Source of the DNA: Alphaproteobacteria bacterium UBA830
GTDB lineage: Bacteria; Pseudomonadota; Alphaproteobacteria; MPNO01; UBA830
NCBI GenBank assembly: GCA_905181725.1
Contig: CAJIYX010000027.1
Span: 2,137 to 66,136 of the forward strand
Direction of reading: 5' to 3'
Length of the DNA: 64,000 bases
This document shows positions 48,561-57,636 of the stretch, in pieces. The stretch's first letter is position 1; each line of letters opens with the position of its first letter. The translations under genes and the position numbers were made by a program. The notes beneath the pieces are model-generated. The model worked only from the letters and a program-made list of their open reading frames with translations. It made no database searches and was not told the DNA's origin.

Positions 48561-48656
48561 CCCTTCGGGACGTTCCCCCCCAGAGCGTCCCACCCCAGCG
48601 GAAACGCTGGATCCCTCCTAGGCCGCTGATCGCAAGGTCAGCGGTCTTTTTCTTTG
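48561..48656 (+). ncRNA. Candidate small RNA or leader: two hairpins, a CU-rich single strand and an intrinsic terminator
   Basis: GGGACG-uucccccccagag-CGUCCC, then CCAGCG-gaaa-CGCUGG, then aucccuccuagg, then CCGCUGA-ucgcaagg-UCAGCGG-ucuuuuucuuu. No plus-strand CDS ends here. The 5' end is unknown. Confidence 0.35.
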
Positions 48657-48763
48657 TCGGAACCCAGGCCTGCGGGCGGGCCGTTGCTCCCTCATGCTCC
48701 CGGATTGTCATCCTGCCTCCCGGGACAGATGACGACTCGCCCGATTTGCGCTATCCCAGACGC

Positions 48764-49483
48764 ATGGATGGTTTCGAAGGCACGGGCCTCGCCTGCATCA
48801 GAAGCGACCGCATCGTCTTTGCCGGTCTCGATTTCGCGGTTTCACCGGGCGGCGCCCTTATTCTGTCGGGGCCGAACGGATCGGGAAAATCGAGCCTGCT
48901 GCGCCTGATGGCCGGCATCGCCAGCCCGGCGGCGGGCGAGATTGTCTGGAATGGGATGCCGGTGTCGAAAGACCCTGAACGGTTTTTCGCGCAGATGCAC
49001 TATGTCGGTCACCGTGACGCCGTGAAAGCGGCCCTGACGGTACGCGAAAACCTGGCCTTTCATGCGGCCCTGCGCGGCGGGCGCGCCGGACGTACCGAGA
49101 CTAAATCGAATATCGGTACAGACATCAACGGCGATATTGACAGGGCGCTCGACAATGTCGGTCTGGCGCCACTAGCCGATCTGCCCGCCCGGATGCTCTC
49201 CGCCGGACAGACAAGACGGCTGACCCTTGCCCGTATTCTAGCAACCCCAGCGCCTCTCTGGCTGCTGGACGAGCCGACGATCGCCCTCGACTACCGCGCC
49301 GTCGACAGGTTACGCGCCGCGATCGCCGCCCATCGGGCCGGTGGCGGGATGATCGTTGCCTCCACAAATGTGCCGCTGGGGATCGACGATGCCGCAACCA
49401 TCGATCTCGCGGCGCATGCACCGGAGGTCGATGTGGTTTGGGGCGACGATTCCGATGACCCGGATACAGGTAATTCTCCATGA
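48764..49483 (+). CDS. ccmA: Heme exporter ATP-binding protein CcmA
   Basis: ATG 48764. Walker A GPNGSGKSSLLR and signature LSAGQTRRLTLAR. Followed by ccmB. Confidence 0.85.
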   Translation: MDGFEGTGLACIRSDRIVFAGLDFAVSPGGALILSGPNGSGKSSLLRLMAGIASPAAGEIVWNGMPVSKDPERFFAQMHYVGHRDAVKAALTVRENLAFHAALRGGRAGRTETKSNIGTDINGDIDRALDNVGLAPLADLPARMLSAGQTRRLTLARILATPAPLWLLDEPTIALDYRAVDRLRAAIAAHRAGGGMIVASTNVPLGIDDAATIDLAAHAPEVDVVWGDDSDDPDTGNSP

Positions 49484-50145
49484 ACGGTTTTTTCGCCCTT
49501 GTCGGACGCGATACCCGGATCGCCCTGCGGCAGCTCAGCGATACCATGATGGTCATCGTTTTCTTTGTGATCGCCGCGGCGCTGTTTCCGTTTGGCGTCG
49601 GGCCGGAACCCAACCTGCTGGCGCGTATGGCGCCCGGTATTCTGTGGGTTACAGCCCTGCTGGCCGCCATGCTGTCTTTCGACCGCCTGTTTCAGAACGA
49701 TTATGACGACGGCACCCTGGAATTACTGGTTATCGCCCCGCAACCACTCTGGATGACGGCGCTGGCAAAGATCGTTGCGCACTGGCTGACCACCGGGCTT
49801 CCGCTCTTGGTCGCGTCACCGGTGATTGGTATCATGCTGATCCTGGAGCCCAGCAGTTACGGCGTTTTGATGCTGGCAATGGCTCTAGGAACGGCGATCA
49901 TAAGTCTCGTCGGCGCGTTGGGGGCGGCACTTTCTCTCGGCTCCCGGCGAAGTGGCGTTCTGTTGTCCCTGCTTGTTTTGCCGCTGGTAATACCGGTGCT
50001 GATTTTTGGCGCCGGAGCCGTCGATGCCGTCATCGGGGGGTTTGCCGCGACACAGCAATTGCTGATCCTCGGCGGATTGCTGATGGCATGCCTGGTTGTA
50101 TGCCCTTGGGGGTGTGCGGTGGCCTTACGTTTGGCGGCAGAGTAG
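49480..50145 (+). CDS. ccmB: Heme exporter protein CcmB
   Basis: 221 aa, six TMs, overlaps the ccmA stop. Confidence 0.9.
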   Translation: MNGFFALVGRDTRIALRQLSDTMMVIVFFVIAAALFPFGVGPEPNLLARMAPGILWVTALLAAMLSFDRLFQNDYDDGTLELLVIAPQPLWMTALAKIVAHWLTTGLPLLVASPVIGIMLILEPSSYGVLMLAMALGTAIISLVGALGAALSLGSRRSGVLLSLLVLPLVIPVLIFGAGAVDAVIGGFAATQQLLILGGLLMACLVVCPWGCAVALRLAAE

Positions 50146-50206
50146 TCGGATAGTGACATGCTGGTCCGGGGCGATCCTGCCCCGATGAATTCAGTCTGGA
50201 GGCTGG

Positions 50207-50647
50207 ATGGACGGAAGCGACGCAGCAATGAGCGGCTTGACGCCGGTCCAGGGCCTCGACCTGTCGGGGGCATGGCACCTGGCGGATTGCTATATGATCT
50301 ATGCCAGCGGCAAGGTGCAGCGGCCGTGGGGCAGCAGCGCGCACGGATATCTGATCTACGCGCCCGAAGGCCATATGTGCAAATCACTGAACTATCCAAA
50401 GGCGGATGGCCGCATTGCCTGCATTTCCCATTGCGGCCGGTACGAAGTCGTCGGCGACAGGGTGCGGCATTTGATCTCGGTGAGCGCCGATATCGACGAA
50501 GTCGGCACAACCGAAGAACAGACCATCGCGCTACGGGACGGCCACCTCCCGCTCTCGTCCTCGCCCGCTCCCGCGGGGGGACCCGGTTCCGTCATTCACT
50601 ATATCTGGAACAAGGCACAGGCAGTGGCGCCCAAAACGCCTTTCTGA
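50207..50647 (+). CDS. Lipocalin-like domain protein (hypothetical) inserted between ccmB and ccmC
   Basis: 146 aa behind GGAGG. GAWHLADCYMIYASGKVQRPWGSSAHGYLIYAPEGHMCKSL fits the G-x-W-x-L...P-x-G...G-x-L-x-Y...G-x-M pattern of lipocalin-like (PF13924-type) proteins as I recall it. Confidence 0.5.
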   Translation: MDGSDAAMSGLTPVQGLDLSGAWHLADCYMIYASGKVQRPWGSSAHGYLIYAPEGHMCKSLNYPKADGRIACISHCGRYEVVGDRVRHLISVSADIDEVGTTEEQTIALRDGHLPLSSSPAPAGGPGSVIHYIWNKAQAVAPKTPF

Positions 50648-50817
50648 TCGTCTTCAACACCTCGTGCGCGGGCCCGAAAGAGCTTCAATCTGGATGCTTA
50701 AACGGCTAGTGGTAACAACTCGTTAACCTTATATGTTCATTACAGTCTCTCGCGCCAAACCACACTTATGCGCGCGAGACAGAATGCGGATGACGCCGCG
50801 CCAGAAATTGGGATCAG

Positions 50818-51561
50818 ATGCTCCACAGATTTGCCAATCCAACGCGTTTTTTGAGGCTGGCCAACGCGGTTCTCCCGTGGGCGACGAGTCTGACCGTCAT
50901 TCTGATCGGCGCCGGACTTTATTTCGCCTTTGGCGCATCGCCGGCGGACTACCAACAGGGCGAAACAGTTCGGATCATGTACGTCCATGTGCCGTCCGCC
51001 TGGATGGCGATGTTCGCCTATGCCTTTATTGCGGTGGCAAGCGCCGTCGGGCTGATCTGGAAGCATCCGGTCGCCCATGTCTGCGCGCTGGCGGCCGCCC
51101 CGATAGGGGCCTGCTTTACGGTGATCTGCCTGACCACGGGGTCGCTCTGGGGCAAGCCGATGTGGGGCACCTGGTGGGTCTGGGATGCGCGTCTGACATC
51201 GGTACTGGTCCTGTTTTTTCTATATCTCGGCTTTATCGCGCTGGCCAATGCATTCGACGATGCGGCGCGCGGCGAAAAAGCCTCGGCAATCCTGGCCCTG
51301 GTTGGCGCGGTCAATCTGCCGATCATCAAATTTTCGGTCGATTGGTGGAACACCCTCCATCAGCCGGCCAGCGTGACCAAGATCGGGATGCCGGCGGTGC
51401 ATTCGTCGATGCTGATTCCGCTTTTGCTGATGGCTGTCGGGTTCACCATGCTGTTCGTCGTGCTGGTTATTGTGCGTGCCCGCGCTGAACTGGCAGATCG
51501 CCGGATCAACGCCCTGCGCTCGGCGCGGATTCACGCCGAAACCGCGCAGAGTGGCGCTTAG
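50818..51561 (+). CDS. ccmC: Heme exporter protein CcmC
   Basis: 247 aa with the Trp-rich heme-handling motif WGKPMWGTWWVWDARL. Confidence 0.9.
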   Translation: MLHRFANPTRFLRLANAVLPWATSLTVILIGAGLYFAFGASPADYQQGETVRIMYVHVPSAWMAMFAYAFIAVASAVGLIWKHPVAHVCALAAAPIGACFTVICLTTGSLWGKPMWGTWWVWDARLTSVLVLFFLYLGFIALANAFDDAARGEKASAILALVGAVNLPIIKFSVDWWNTLHQPASVTKIGMPAVHSSMLIPLLLMAVGFTMLFVVLVIVRARAELADRRINALRSARIHAETAQSGA

Positions 51562-51716
51562 TGTGCTGTGCAAAATGTCGCGAACGGTGTTCTCGGCTGA
51601 AATCGGCCCTATATGTGTTTACAGGATGATGATGTTCACAGACGCCTCTCTTCTCTTATCGTCCCCGCACAGCCGGGTCGCACAAATTAAGTTCGCCCGT
51701 GGCTGAGTTTTTCAAC

Positions 51717-51968
51717 ATGGATGGTCATGGCGGCTTCATCTGGTCGTCCTGGGGTATTGCGCTTGTGGTGCTCACGATCCTGATCGGAATCAGTCTCAAA
51801 TCCATGCGAAGCCGGGAGCGAGAGCTTGCCCGAATGGAAGCCGAAGCGCCCCGGCGGCGTCGGCGGCGCGCCACAGAAACCGATACGAAAACGAATACGA
51901 AAACGGATACGGCGACAACGCCAGAAACCGCGACACCCGCAGGGGATAACACTGGGGACAATCAATGA
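51717..51968 (+). CDS. ccmD: Heme exporter protein CcmD with an unusual low-complexity C-terminal tail
   Basis: MDGHGGFIWSSWGIALVVLTILIGISLKSMRSRERELARME is CcmD-like, followed by RRRRRR and a TETDTKTNTKTDTATTPETATP tail. ATGA overlap with ccmE. Confidence 0.7.
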   Translation: MDGHGGFIWSSWGIALVVLTILIGISLKSMRSRERELARMEAEAPRRRRRRATETDTKTNTKTDTATTPETATPAGDNTGDNQ

Positions 51969-52495
51969 CCCGGAAACGCCGCCGCCTTACCGTCGTGTTT
52001 CTCGGCGGTCTGATGCTGTCCACCGCGGCCGCGCTGGTGCTGACCGCGTTCGAAGACAGCATCGTGTTTTTCCACACGCCGACCGACATTGCGACCAAGC
52101 AGGATCTGCAAAAGGACCGGCGGCTGCGTGTCGGCGGCATCGTAAAAGAAGAAAGCTGGCGGAAAAAGGATGACGGGCTGACCCACGACTTTCTGGTCAC
52201 CGACCTCACACATGAAATTCGCGTTGCCTATAAAGGAATCATCCCGGATCTGTTCCGCGAAGGTCAGGGTGTTGTCGTCGAAGGCCGGCTATTGCCCGAT
52301 GGCACCTTCCGCGCCGACGAAGTACTTGCCAAACACGATGAAAACTACATGCCCAAGGAAGTTGCCGAGGCGCTCAAAAAATCTGGCAAGTGGAAGGGTA
52401 GTGCTGTTACCGGCACACCCGACGGCGATAAACCTTACGGGGACAAACCCTACGGCGGCAAATCCTATGGCGGCCAGAAGGAGAGCGCTCAATGA
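51965..52495 (+). CDS. ccmE: Cytochrome c-type biogenesis heme chaperone CcmE
   Basis: 176 aa with TM anchor, OB-fold region and the heme-binding His context LAKHDENYMPKEV. Confidence 0.9.
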   Translation: MTRKRRRLTVVFLGGLMLSTAAALVLTAFEDSIVFFHTPTDIATKQDLQKDRRLRVGGIVKEESWRKKDDGLTHDFLVTDLTHEIRVAYKGIIPDLFREGQGVVVEGRLLPDGTFRADEVLAKHDENYMPKEVAEALKKSGKWKGSAVTGTPDGDKPYGDKPYGGKSYGGQKESAQ

Positions 52496-54474
52496 TCGCC
52501 GAAATCGGCCATTACGCCGTCGTCCTGGCGCTGATGCTCTCCATCGTCCAGGGTATCCTGCCGCTGGTCGGCGCGTACCGGAACGATGCGGCCCTGATGG
52601 GTGTCGCCGAACCTGCGGCGCGCGGTCAGTTTCTGTTTGTCTTCATTGCCTTCTTCGCGCTGACCTATGCGTATGTGGTATCCGATTTTTCTGTCGCCCT
52701 TGTCGCGCATACATCGCACACGCTTAAACCGATGCTCTACAAGATCTCCGGCGTCTGGGGCAATCATGAAGGCTCGATGCTGCTGTGGATTTTGATCCTG
52801 TCCCTGTTCGGGCTGATGGTCGCCCAGTTTGGCCGTAACCTGCCCGGCAGCCTGCGGGCCCGGGTGCTCGCCATTCAGGGGCTGATCGGCATCGGCTTTC
52901 TGGCCTTCCTGCTGTTTACGTCCAATCCGTTTTTACGCCTCGACCCCGCCCCCGTCGAAGGTCAGGGCCTGAACCCGCTATTGCAGGATCCAGGCCTCGC
53001 CTTCCATCCGCCGTTTCTGTATCTCGGCTATGTCGGGTTTTCGATGGCGTTTTCATTTGCCGTCGCGGCGCTGATCGAAGGCCGGGTCGATCCGGCCTGG
53101 GCGCGGTGGGTCCGGCCCTGGACACTGGTCGCCTGGACAACACTGACGATCGGGATCGCGCTGGGCAGCTGGTGGGCCTATTACGAGCTTGGCTGGGGCG
53201 GCTGGTGGTTCTGGGACCCGGTTGAGAACGCTTCCTTCCTGCCCTGGCTGGTCGGCACGGCCCTGCTGCATTCGGCGCTGGTGGTCGAGCGCCGCGACAC
53301 GCTCAAAAGCTGGACCATCCTGCTCGCGATCATCGCCTTCGGCATGTCGCTGCTCGGTACCTTCCTGGTGCGGTCGGGCTTACTGACCTCGGTGCACACC
53401 TTTGCGACCGATCCGGAACGCGGCGTGTTTATCCTCGGCCTGTTTATCGTCGTCATCGGCGGTGCACTCGTGCTGTACGCCATACGTGCGCCCATGCTCA
53501 AAGGTGGCGGGCTGTTTGCGCCGGTCAGTCGCGAAGGCGCCCTGGTGCTGAACAACCTGCTGCTCGCCACCGCAACCGCCGTGGTGTTTCTCGGTACGCT
53601 GTATCCGCTGGCGCTCGATGCCATCGGGAGCGGGAAAGTCTCCGTCGGCGCGCCGTTCTTCAATGCAACCTTCGTGCCCCTGATGGTGCCGTTGCTGATC
53701 GCCTGCCCCATCGGCGCGATGATGGCATGGAAACGCGGTGATCTGCCCGGCGTGGTCGGGCGGCTCAGAGTCGCTGTGGGCCTCGCGGGGCTTGTCGTAC
53801 TCGCGACCGTGATGATCGACGGGAACACCGACATCGTCGCGGCCCTCGCGATGGGCGTCGCCGCCTGGCTGGTGACAGGTGCTGCCGTAGACCTTGCCGA
53901 ACGGACAGGCCTTTTTCGTATATCGTTTTCGGAGACACTGCGCCGCGCCGCCAACCTGCCGCGTTCCGCGTGGGGCACCGCAATTGCCCATAGCGCGCTC
54001 GGCATCATGGTCGCCGGTATCACGGCATCGTCGTCGTGGCAGACCGAGCGTATCCAGATCGTTCGTCTGGGCGATACCGTCGAACTCGCGGGCTATGAGG
54101 TTACCTTCAGGGGGGCGAGCAATGTGACGGGACCAAACTACACCGCACTGCGCGGCACGTTCGACCTGACAGCCAATGGCCGGAAGATAACGACGCTCCA
54201 TCCGGAAAAACGCGACTACCCGGCAGAGAAATCCGGCACCACCGAGGCGGCTATCCACACCACGCCGATTGCCGACGTCTATGTCGTTCTTGGCGATTCA
54301 GATGGCAAGGGCGGTTGGGCCGCGCGGATGTATCACAACCCGCTGGTCCCGTGGATCTGGGCCGGTGCGATCTTTATGGCAATCGGCGGCATGGTTTCGT
54401 TGAGCGACCGCCGACTTCGCGTCGGTGCGCCGAAGCGGGTTGCCCACAAAACCCCGGCCGCCGAAGCCGCGTGA
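52492..54474 (+). CDS. ccmF: Cytochrome c heme lyase subunit CcmF
   Basis: 660 aa, polytopic, with W-rich motif WWAYYELGWGGWWFWDPVEN. Confidence 0.95.
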   Translation: MIAEIGHYAVVLALMLSIVQGILPLVGAYRNDAALMGVAEPAARGQFLFVFIAFFALTYAYVVSDFSVALVAHTSHTLKPMLYKISGVWGNHEGSMLLWILILSLFGLMVAQFGRNLPGSLRARVLAIQGLIGIGFLAFLLFTSNPFLRLDPAPVEGQGLNPLLQDPGLAFHPPFLYLGYVGFSMAFSFAVAALIEGRVDPAWARWVRPWTLVAWTTLTIGIALGSWWAYYELGWGGWWFWDPVENASFLPWLVGTALLHSALVVERRDTLKSWTILLAIIAFGMSLLGTFLVRSGLLTSVHTFATDPERGVFILGLFIVVIGGALVLYAIRAPMLKGGGLFAPVSREGALVLNNLLLATATAVVFLGTLYPLALDAIGSGKVSVGAPFFNATFVPLMVPLLIACPIGAMMAWKRGDLPGVVGRLRVAVGLAGLVVLATVMIDGNTDIVAALAMGVAAWLVTGAAVDLAERTGLFRISFSETLRRAANLPRSAWGTAIAHSALGIMVAGITASSSWQTERIQIVRLGDTVELAGYEVTFRGASNVTGPNYTALRGTFDLTANGRKITTLHPEKRDYPAEKSGTTEAAIHTTPIADVYVVLGDSDGKGGWAARMYHNPLVPWIWAGAIFMAIGGMVSLSDRRLRVGAPKRVAHKTPAAEAA

Positions 54475-54496
54475 CCGAGAACGGAAAGCCTGACTG

Positions 54497-55135
54497 ATGC
54501 TCCGCCCGCTTACCCTTATCCCCGTTGCAATCTTTGCCGTCCTCGCGGTCCTGTTTAGCGTTTATCTATGGCAGGTCGGACCGGGCGGTAAGGATATCTC
54601 TCAAATCCCATCGGCGATGATCAACAAGCCTGCGCCTCAATTCAACCTGCCGGCGATCAAGAATCTGCCTGAGACGTTGAAGATCCCGAGCCTGACGACC
54701 GCCGACCTAAAAGGCAAGGTATCACTGGTCAATGTCTGGGCATCCTGGTGCCCGCCCTGCCGCATCGAGCACCCCGTACTGATGACCCTGGCCGACCGGG
54801 GCGTGACAATTTACGGTATCAACTACAAGGACAGGCCGGAAGACGCGGTCCGGTTTCTCACCCAGCTCGGAAATCCCTTTAAACAGATCGGCGTGGACAG
54901 CTCAGGCCGTACCTCCATCGACTGGGGCGTATACGGCTATCCCGAAACCTTCATCGTCGATGCGGCGGGGCGTATCCGCTACCGCCATGTCGGCCAGATT
55001 CATCCCCACCAGCTTGAATCGCTGATCCTGCCGCTACTAAAGCAGGCAGCACAGCCCGCTGCGGATGCGGCGAAGGCCGGTGCCTCGAAGACGGGCACTT
55101 CAAAGACGGGCGCAGCCAAGGTAGGCAATTCATGA
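54497..55135 (+). CDS. ccmG: Thiol:disulfide oxidoreductase CcmG/DsbE
   Basis: 212 aa with TM anchor and VNVWASWCPPCRIEHP. Confidence 0.9.
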   Translation: MLRPLTLIPVAIFAVLAVLFSVYLWQVGPGGKDISQIPSAMINKPAPQFNLPAIKNLPETLKIPSLTTADLKGKVSLVNVWASWCPPCRIEHPVLMTLADRGVTIYGINYKDRPEDAVRFLTQLGNPFKQIGVDSSGRTSIDWGVYGYPETFIVDAAGRIRYRHVGQIHPHQLESLILPLLKQAAQPAADAAKAGASKTGTSKTGAAKVGNS

Positions 55136-55647
55136 AGCTATTCCTGTTCGTCGCCGTCTTGCTGGCAGCACCGCTTGTCGCGCCTGTTATTTCCCCTGCG
55201 ATCTCCCCCTTCGCCCCGCCCGCGGCGCTGGCGCTTCAGCCGGACGAAATCTTGAAAGACCCGGCGCTCGAAGCCCGCGCCCGTGAAATCAGCAAGGAGC
55301 TGCGCTGCCTGGTCTGCCAGAACCAGTCGATCGACGATTCGGATGCGACATTGGCGCGCGACCTGCGCATTCTGGTGCGCGACCGGCTGACCGCCGGCGA
55401 CACCGATACCGAGACAGTTAATTTTATCGTCGAGCGTTATGGCGACTTCGTCCTGCTGCGCCCGCCCTTCAAGAACTCGACATTGATCCTGTGGATTAGT
55501 CCGGTGGTTATTTTTCTGATCGGGATCATCGGCGTGACGTTGTGGCACCGGCGTCGGCGTGTCGCTGTTGCCGCACCGGTTGTCCCGCTGACCGCCGATG
55601 AGCGTGCCCGCGTAGACGCCCTGCTGGCGGAGAAGCCTGAGCAATGA
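55132..55647 (+). CDS. ccmH: Cytochrome c maturation protein CcmH (CycL)
   Basis: 171 aa with signal peptide and LRCLVCQNQSIDDSDA. Confidence 0.9.
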   Translation: MKLFLFVAVLLAAPLVAPVISPAISPFAPPAALALQPDEILKDPALEARAREISKELRCLVCQNQSIDDSDATLARDLRILVRDRLTAGDTDTETVNFIVERYGDFVLLRPPFKNSTLILWISPVVIFLIGIIGVTLWHRRRRVAVAAPVVPLTADERARVDALLAEKPEQ

Positions 55648-57104
55648 TCCTTGGTATAACGCTGACCATTATGACGCTGGCGGCGATTGCGCTGGTCGTC
55701 CTGCCATTGATCCGCAGCAACCGGGATTCGGCGACGCGTGCGGCGCACGAGATCGAGATTTACCGCGACCAGCTCGACGAGGTCGACCGCGATGTCGCAC
55801 GCGGCGTGATCGGTCCGGACGACGCCGTGGCCGCACGGACCGAGATAGGCCGGCGCATCCTCGCCGCCACCGATGGGGTGGAGATTGTTAAGGCCGGCAG
55901 TCCCACAGGTAAGCTCCCCGCCAAACCCCGGCGCATCACCGCTATTATCACTGGCCTGTGCGTGCCGGCGCTGGCGATATTTGTCTATGTCACCCATGGC
56001 AGCCCCGACCTGCCCGGCAAACCGGCAGCGGAAGTCCGCGCCGCAAACGGCACCGACCCGAAGGCGCCCGAAGGCGGCGTGGCCCAGCGGCAGGAAGTCG
56101 CTGGGCTTGCAGCGGCGCTCGAGAAAAACCCGGCGGATATCGAAAGCTGGATCACGCTCGGCACCGTACTCACACAGATGAAGCGCCACCGGCAGGCAGC
56201 CGTCGCCTTCACCCAGGCGATGCGCCTCGCTCCCGCCAATGCCGAATTTGCGTCGCGCGCCGGCGAAGCGTTGACGGTCGCCGCAGGCGGGCAGGTCACG
56301 CCGGATGCGCAGGCATCGTTTACCGAAGCGTTGCGCCGCGACCCGGGCGAGCCGCGCGCACAATATTATCAGGGTGTCGCCGACCAGCAGGGCGGGCGAC
56401 TGCGCGCCGCGTTTGACCGCTGGGTAGCGCTTGAAGCCGCCTCGCCGCCGGATGCGCCCTGGCTCCGTTTCCTGCGTCCCCGGATCGCGCGGCTTGCCGG
56501 CGAAATCGGCATAGACAGTAATGCACTGGCCGCCCTGCGCGCGCGGGCGCCGCCGCTCACTGCCGGCCTCCCGACCGCCGCCCCCCGGACCGCCGCCCTG
56601 ACCCCTGCGCCGGGCCCGACCCGCGAGCAAATGGCAACGGCACGCAACATGTCTGCCGAAGACCGCCAGGCGATGATCCGCAACATGGTCGATGGCCTCG
56701 CAGAAAAGCTGAAGGACAATCCGGACGATGTGGCCGGCTGGCTGCGGCTTGGCCGTGCGCGCCGCGTGCTCGGCGACCGCGCCACCGCCAAGGAGGCCTA
56801 TGCGAAGGCCGCGGCGCTGCGTCCCGACGATGTCGAGATCCTCGTTTCCTATGCCGATGCCATCGTCACCGCGGCCGAACCCGCCCCGCCGCCGCGGGCC
56901 GAACTTGAACCGCTGGTGAACCGCATTCTGGTCCGTGATCCGGACGAGCCGCGCGGGCTGTGGCTGTCCGGCGCGCTGGCGCTGTCGGCGGGCGACACCA
57001 AAACCGCGCAGACACGGTGGAGCAGGTTGCTTGAATTCGTCGACCCGAATGGCGTTCAATACGTCCAGCTCAAGAAGCAACTCGACGCGCTTAAAGACCG
57101 ATAG
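55644..57104 (+). CDS. ccmI: Cytochrome c maturation protein CcmI (CycH), TM + TPR
   Basis: 486 aa with two N-terminal TMs and TPR-like repeats. Overlaps the ccmH stop. Confidence 0.8.
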   Translation: MILGITLTIMTLAAIALVVLPLIRSNRDSATRAAHEIEIYRDQLDEVDRDVARGVIGPDDAVAARTEIGRRILAATDGVEIVKAGSPTGKLPAKPRRITAIITGLCVPALAIFVYVTHGSPDLPGKPAAEVRAANGTDPKAPEGGVAQRQEVAGLAAALEKNPADIESWITLGTVLTQMKRHRQAAVAFTQAMRLAPANAEFASRAGEALTVAAGGQVTPDAQASFTEALRRDPGEPRAQYYQGVADQQGGRLRAAFDRWVALEAASPPDAPWLRFLRPRIARLAGEIGIDSNALAALRARAPPLTAGLPTAAPRTAALTPAPGPTREQMATARNMSAEDRQAMIRNMVDGLAEKLKDNPDDVAGWLRLGRARRVLGDRATAKEAYAKAAALRPDDVEILVSYADAIVTAAEPAPPPRAELEPLVNRILVRDPDEPRGLWLSGALALSAGDTKTAQTRWSRLLEFVDPNGVQYVQLKKQLDALKDR

Positions 57105-57189
57105 ATATCGCCTTCCCGGCTCACCCGGCTCACCGTAATGTGAGAAAAAAACTAGCTCGAATCTGAGACAGGCGTCTCATATATGAGAT

Positions 57190-57636
57190 ATGCGCAAATT
57201 CGCCCTGACCCCCATCGCAGTTTGTATGTGCACAAACGTTTCCGCTGCCGATTTCGCGACCGGGGCTGAAGCCTATGATGGCGGACGCTACGCAGATGCG
57301 TTTGCCGAATGGCACGTGCTGGCTGTTGAGCGCGAAATTCGCGCCCAGGTGGCGATTGCCGGCATGCATCGCTTCGGCGAGGGAAGGCCGTTGAATTTCG
57401 CCGCCGCCGCACGCTGGCATAAACGCGCGGCCGATGCGGGAAATCCGATCGCGCAGCTCAATTACGCCGAAATGCTGGAAACCGGCCGCGACATCACGCG
57501 TAACCGTGCGGCGGCGTTGATGTGGTACGACCGCGCGGCGCGCCAGGGCAATGACTGGGCCGTGAAACAGCACGACCGACTTGCCGAAATTTCCGGAGCA
57601 GAAACTAAGAAGCGTCGTCCGCCAGGTTCTCGATAA
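57190..57636 (+). CDS. Sel1-repeat (TPR-like) protein, probably exported
   Basis: 148 aa with N-terminal signal-like segment and SEL1 repeats (AQVAIAGMHRFGEG...AARWHKRAADAGNPIAQLNYAEMLETG...AALMWYDRAARQGNDWA). Confidence 0.65.
   Translation: MRKFALTPIAVCMCTNVSAADFATGAEAYDGGRYADAFAEWHVLAVEREIRAQVAIAGMHRFGEGRPLNFAAAARWHKRAADAGNPIAQLNYAEMLETGRDITRNRAAALMWYDRAARQGNDWAVKQHDRLAEISGAETKKRRPPGSR

Noticed and set aside
48296-48763. The 395-aa ORF-track version of ccmA with a 156-aa N-terminal extension. Similar over-extensions occur for 12345..13253, 13112..14293, 28888.., 42336..43394, 45528..48386 and 58090..59385.
   Set aside because: The extensions have no homology-like content and overlap upstream genes or promoters. 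Better starts exist, with an RBS or start/stop coupling. Coordinates were trimmed accordingly.
55437-57080. 547-aa minus-strand ORF, the longest unexplained ORF in the track. Similar long shadow ORFs occur at 1267..2355, 7871..8554, 10727..11893, 29728..30609, 40418..41485 and 45990..47096.
   Set aside because: All lie antisense to, or out of frame within, strongly supported genes (ccmH/ccmI, pheT, addA, addB, pckA, the quinone oxidoreductase, acnA). They are Arg/Gly/Ala/Pro-rich with no recognisable motifs. This is the usual stop-codon-poor shadow-frame artefact of high-GC DNA.
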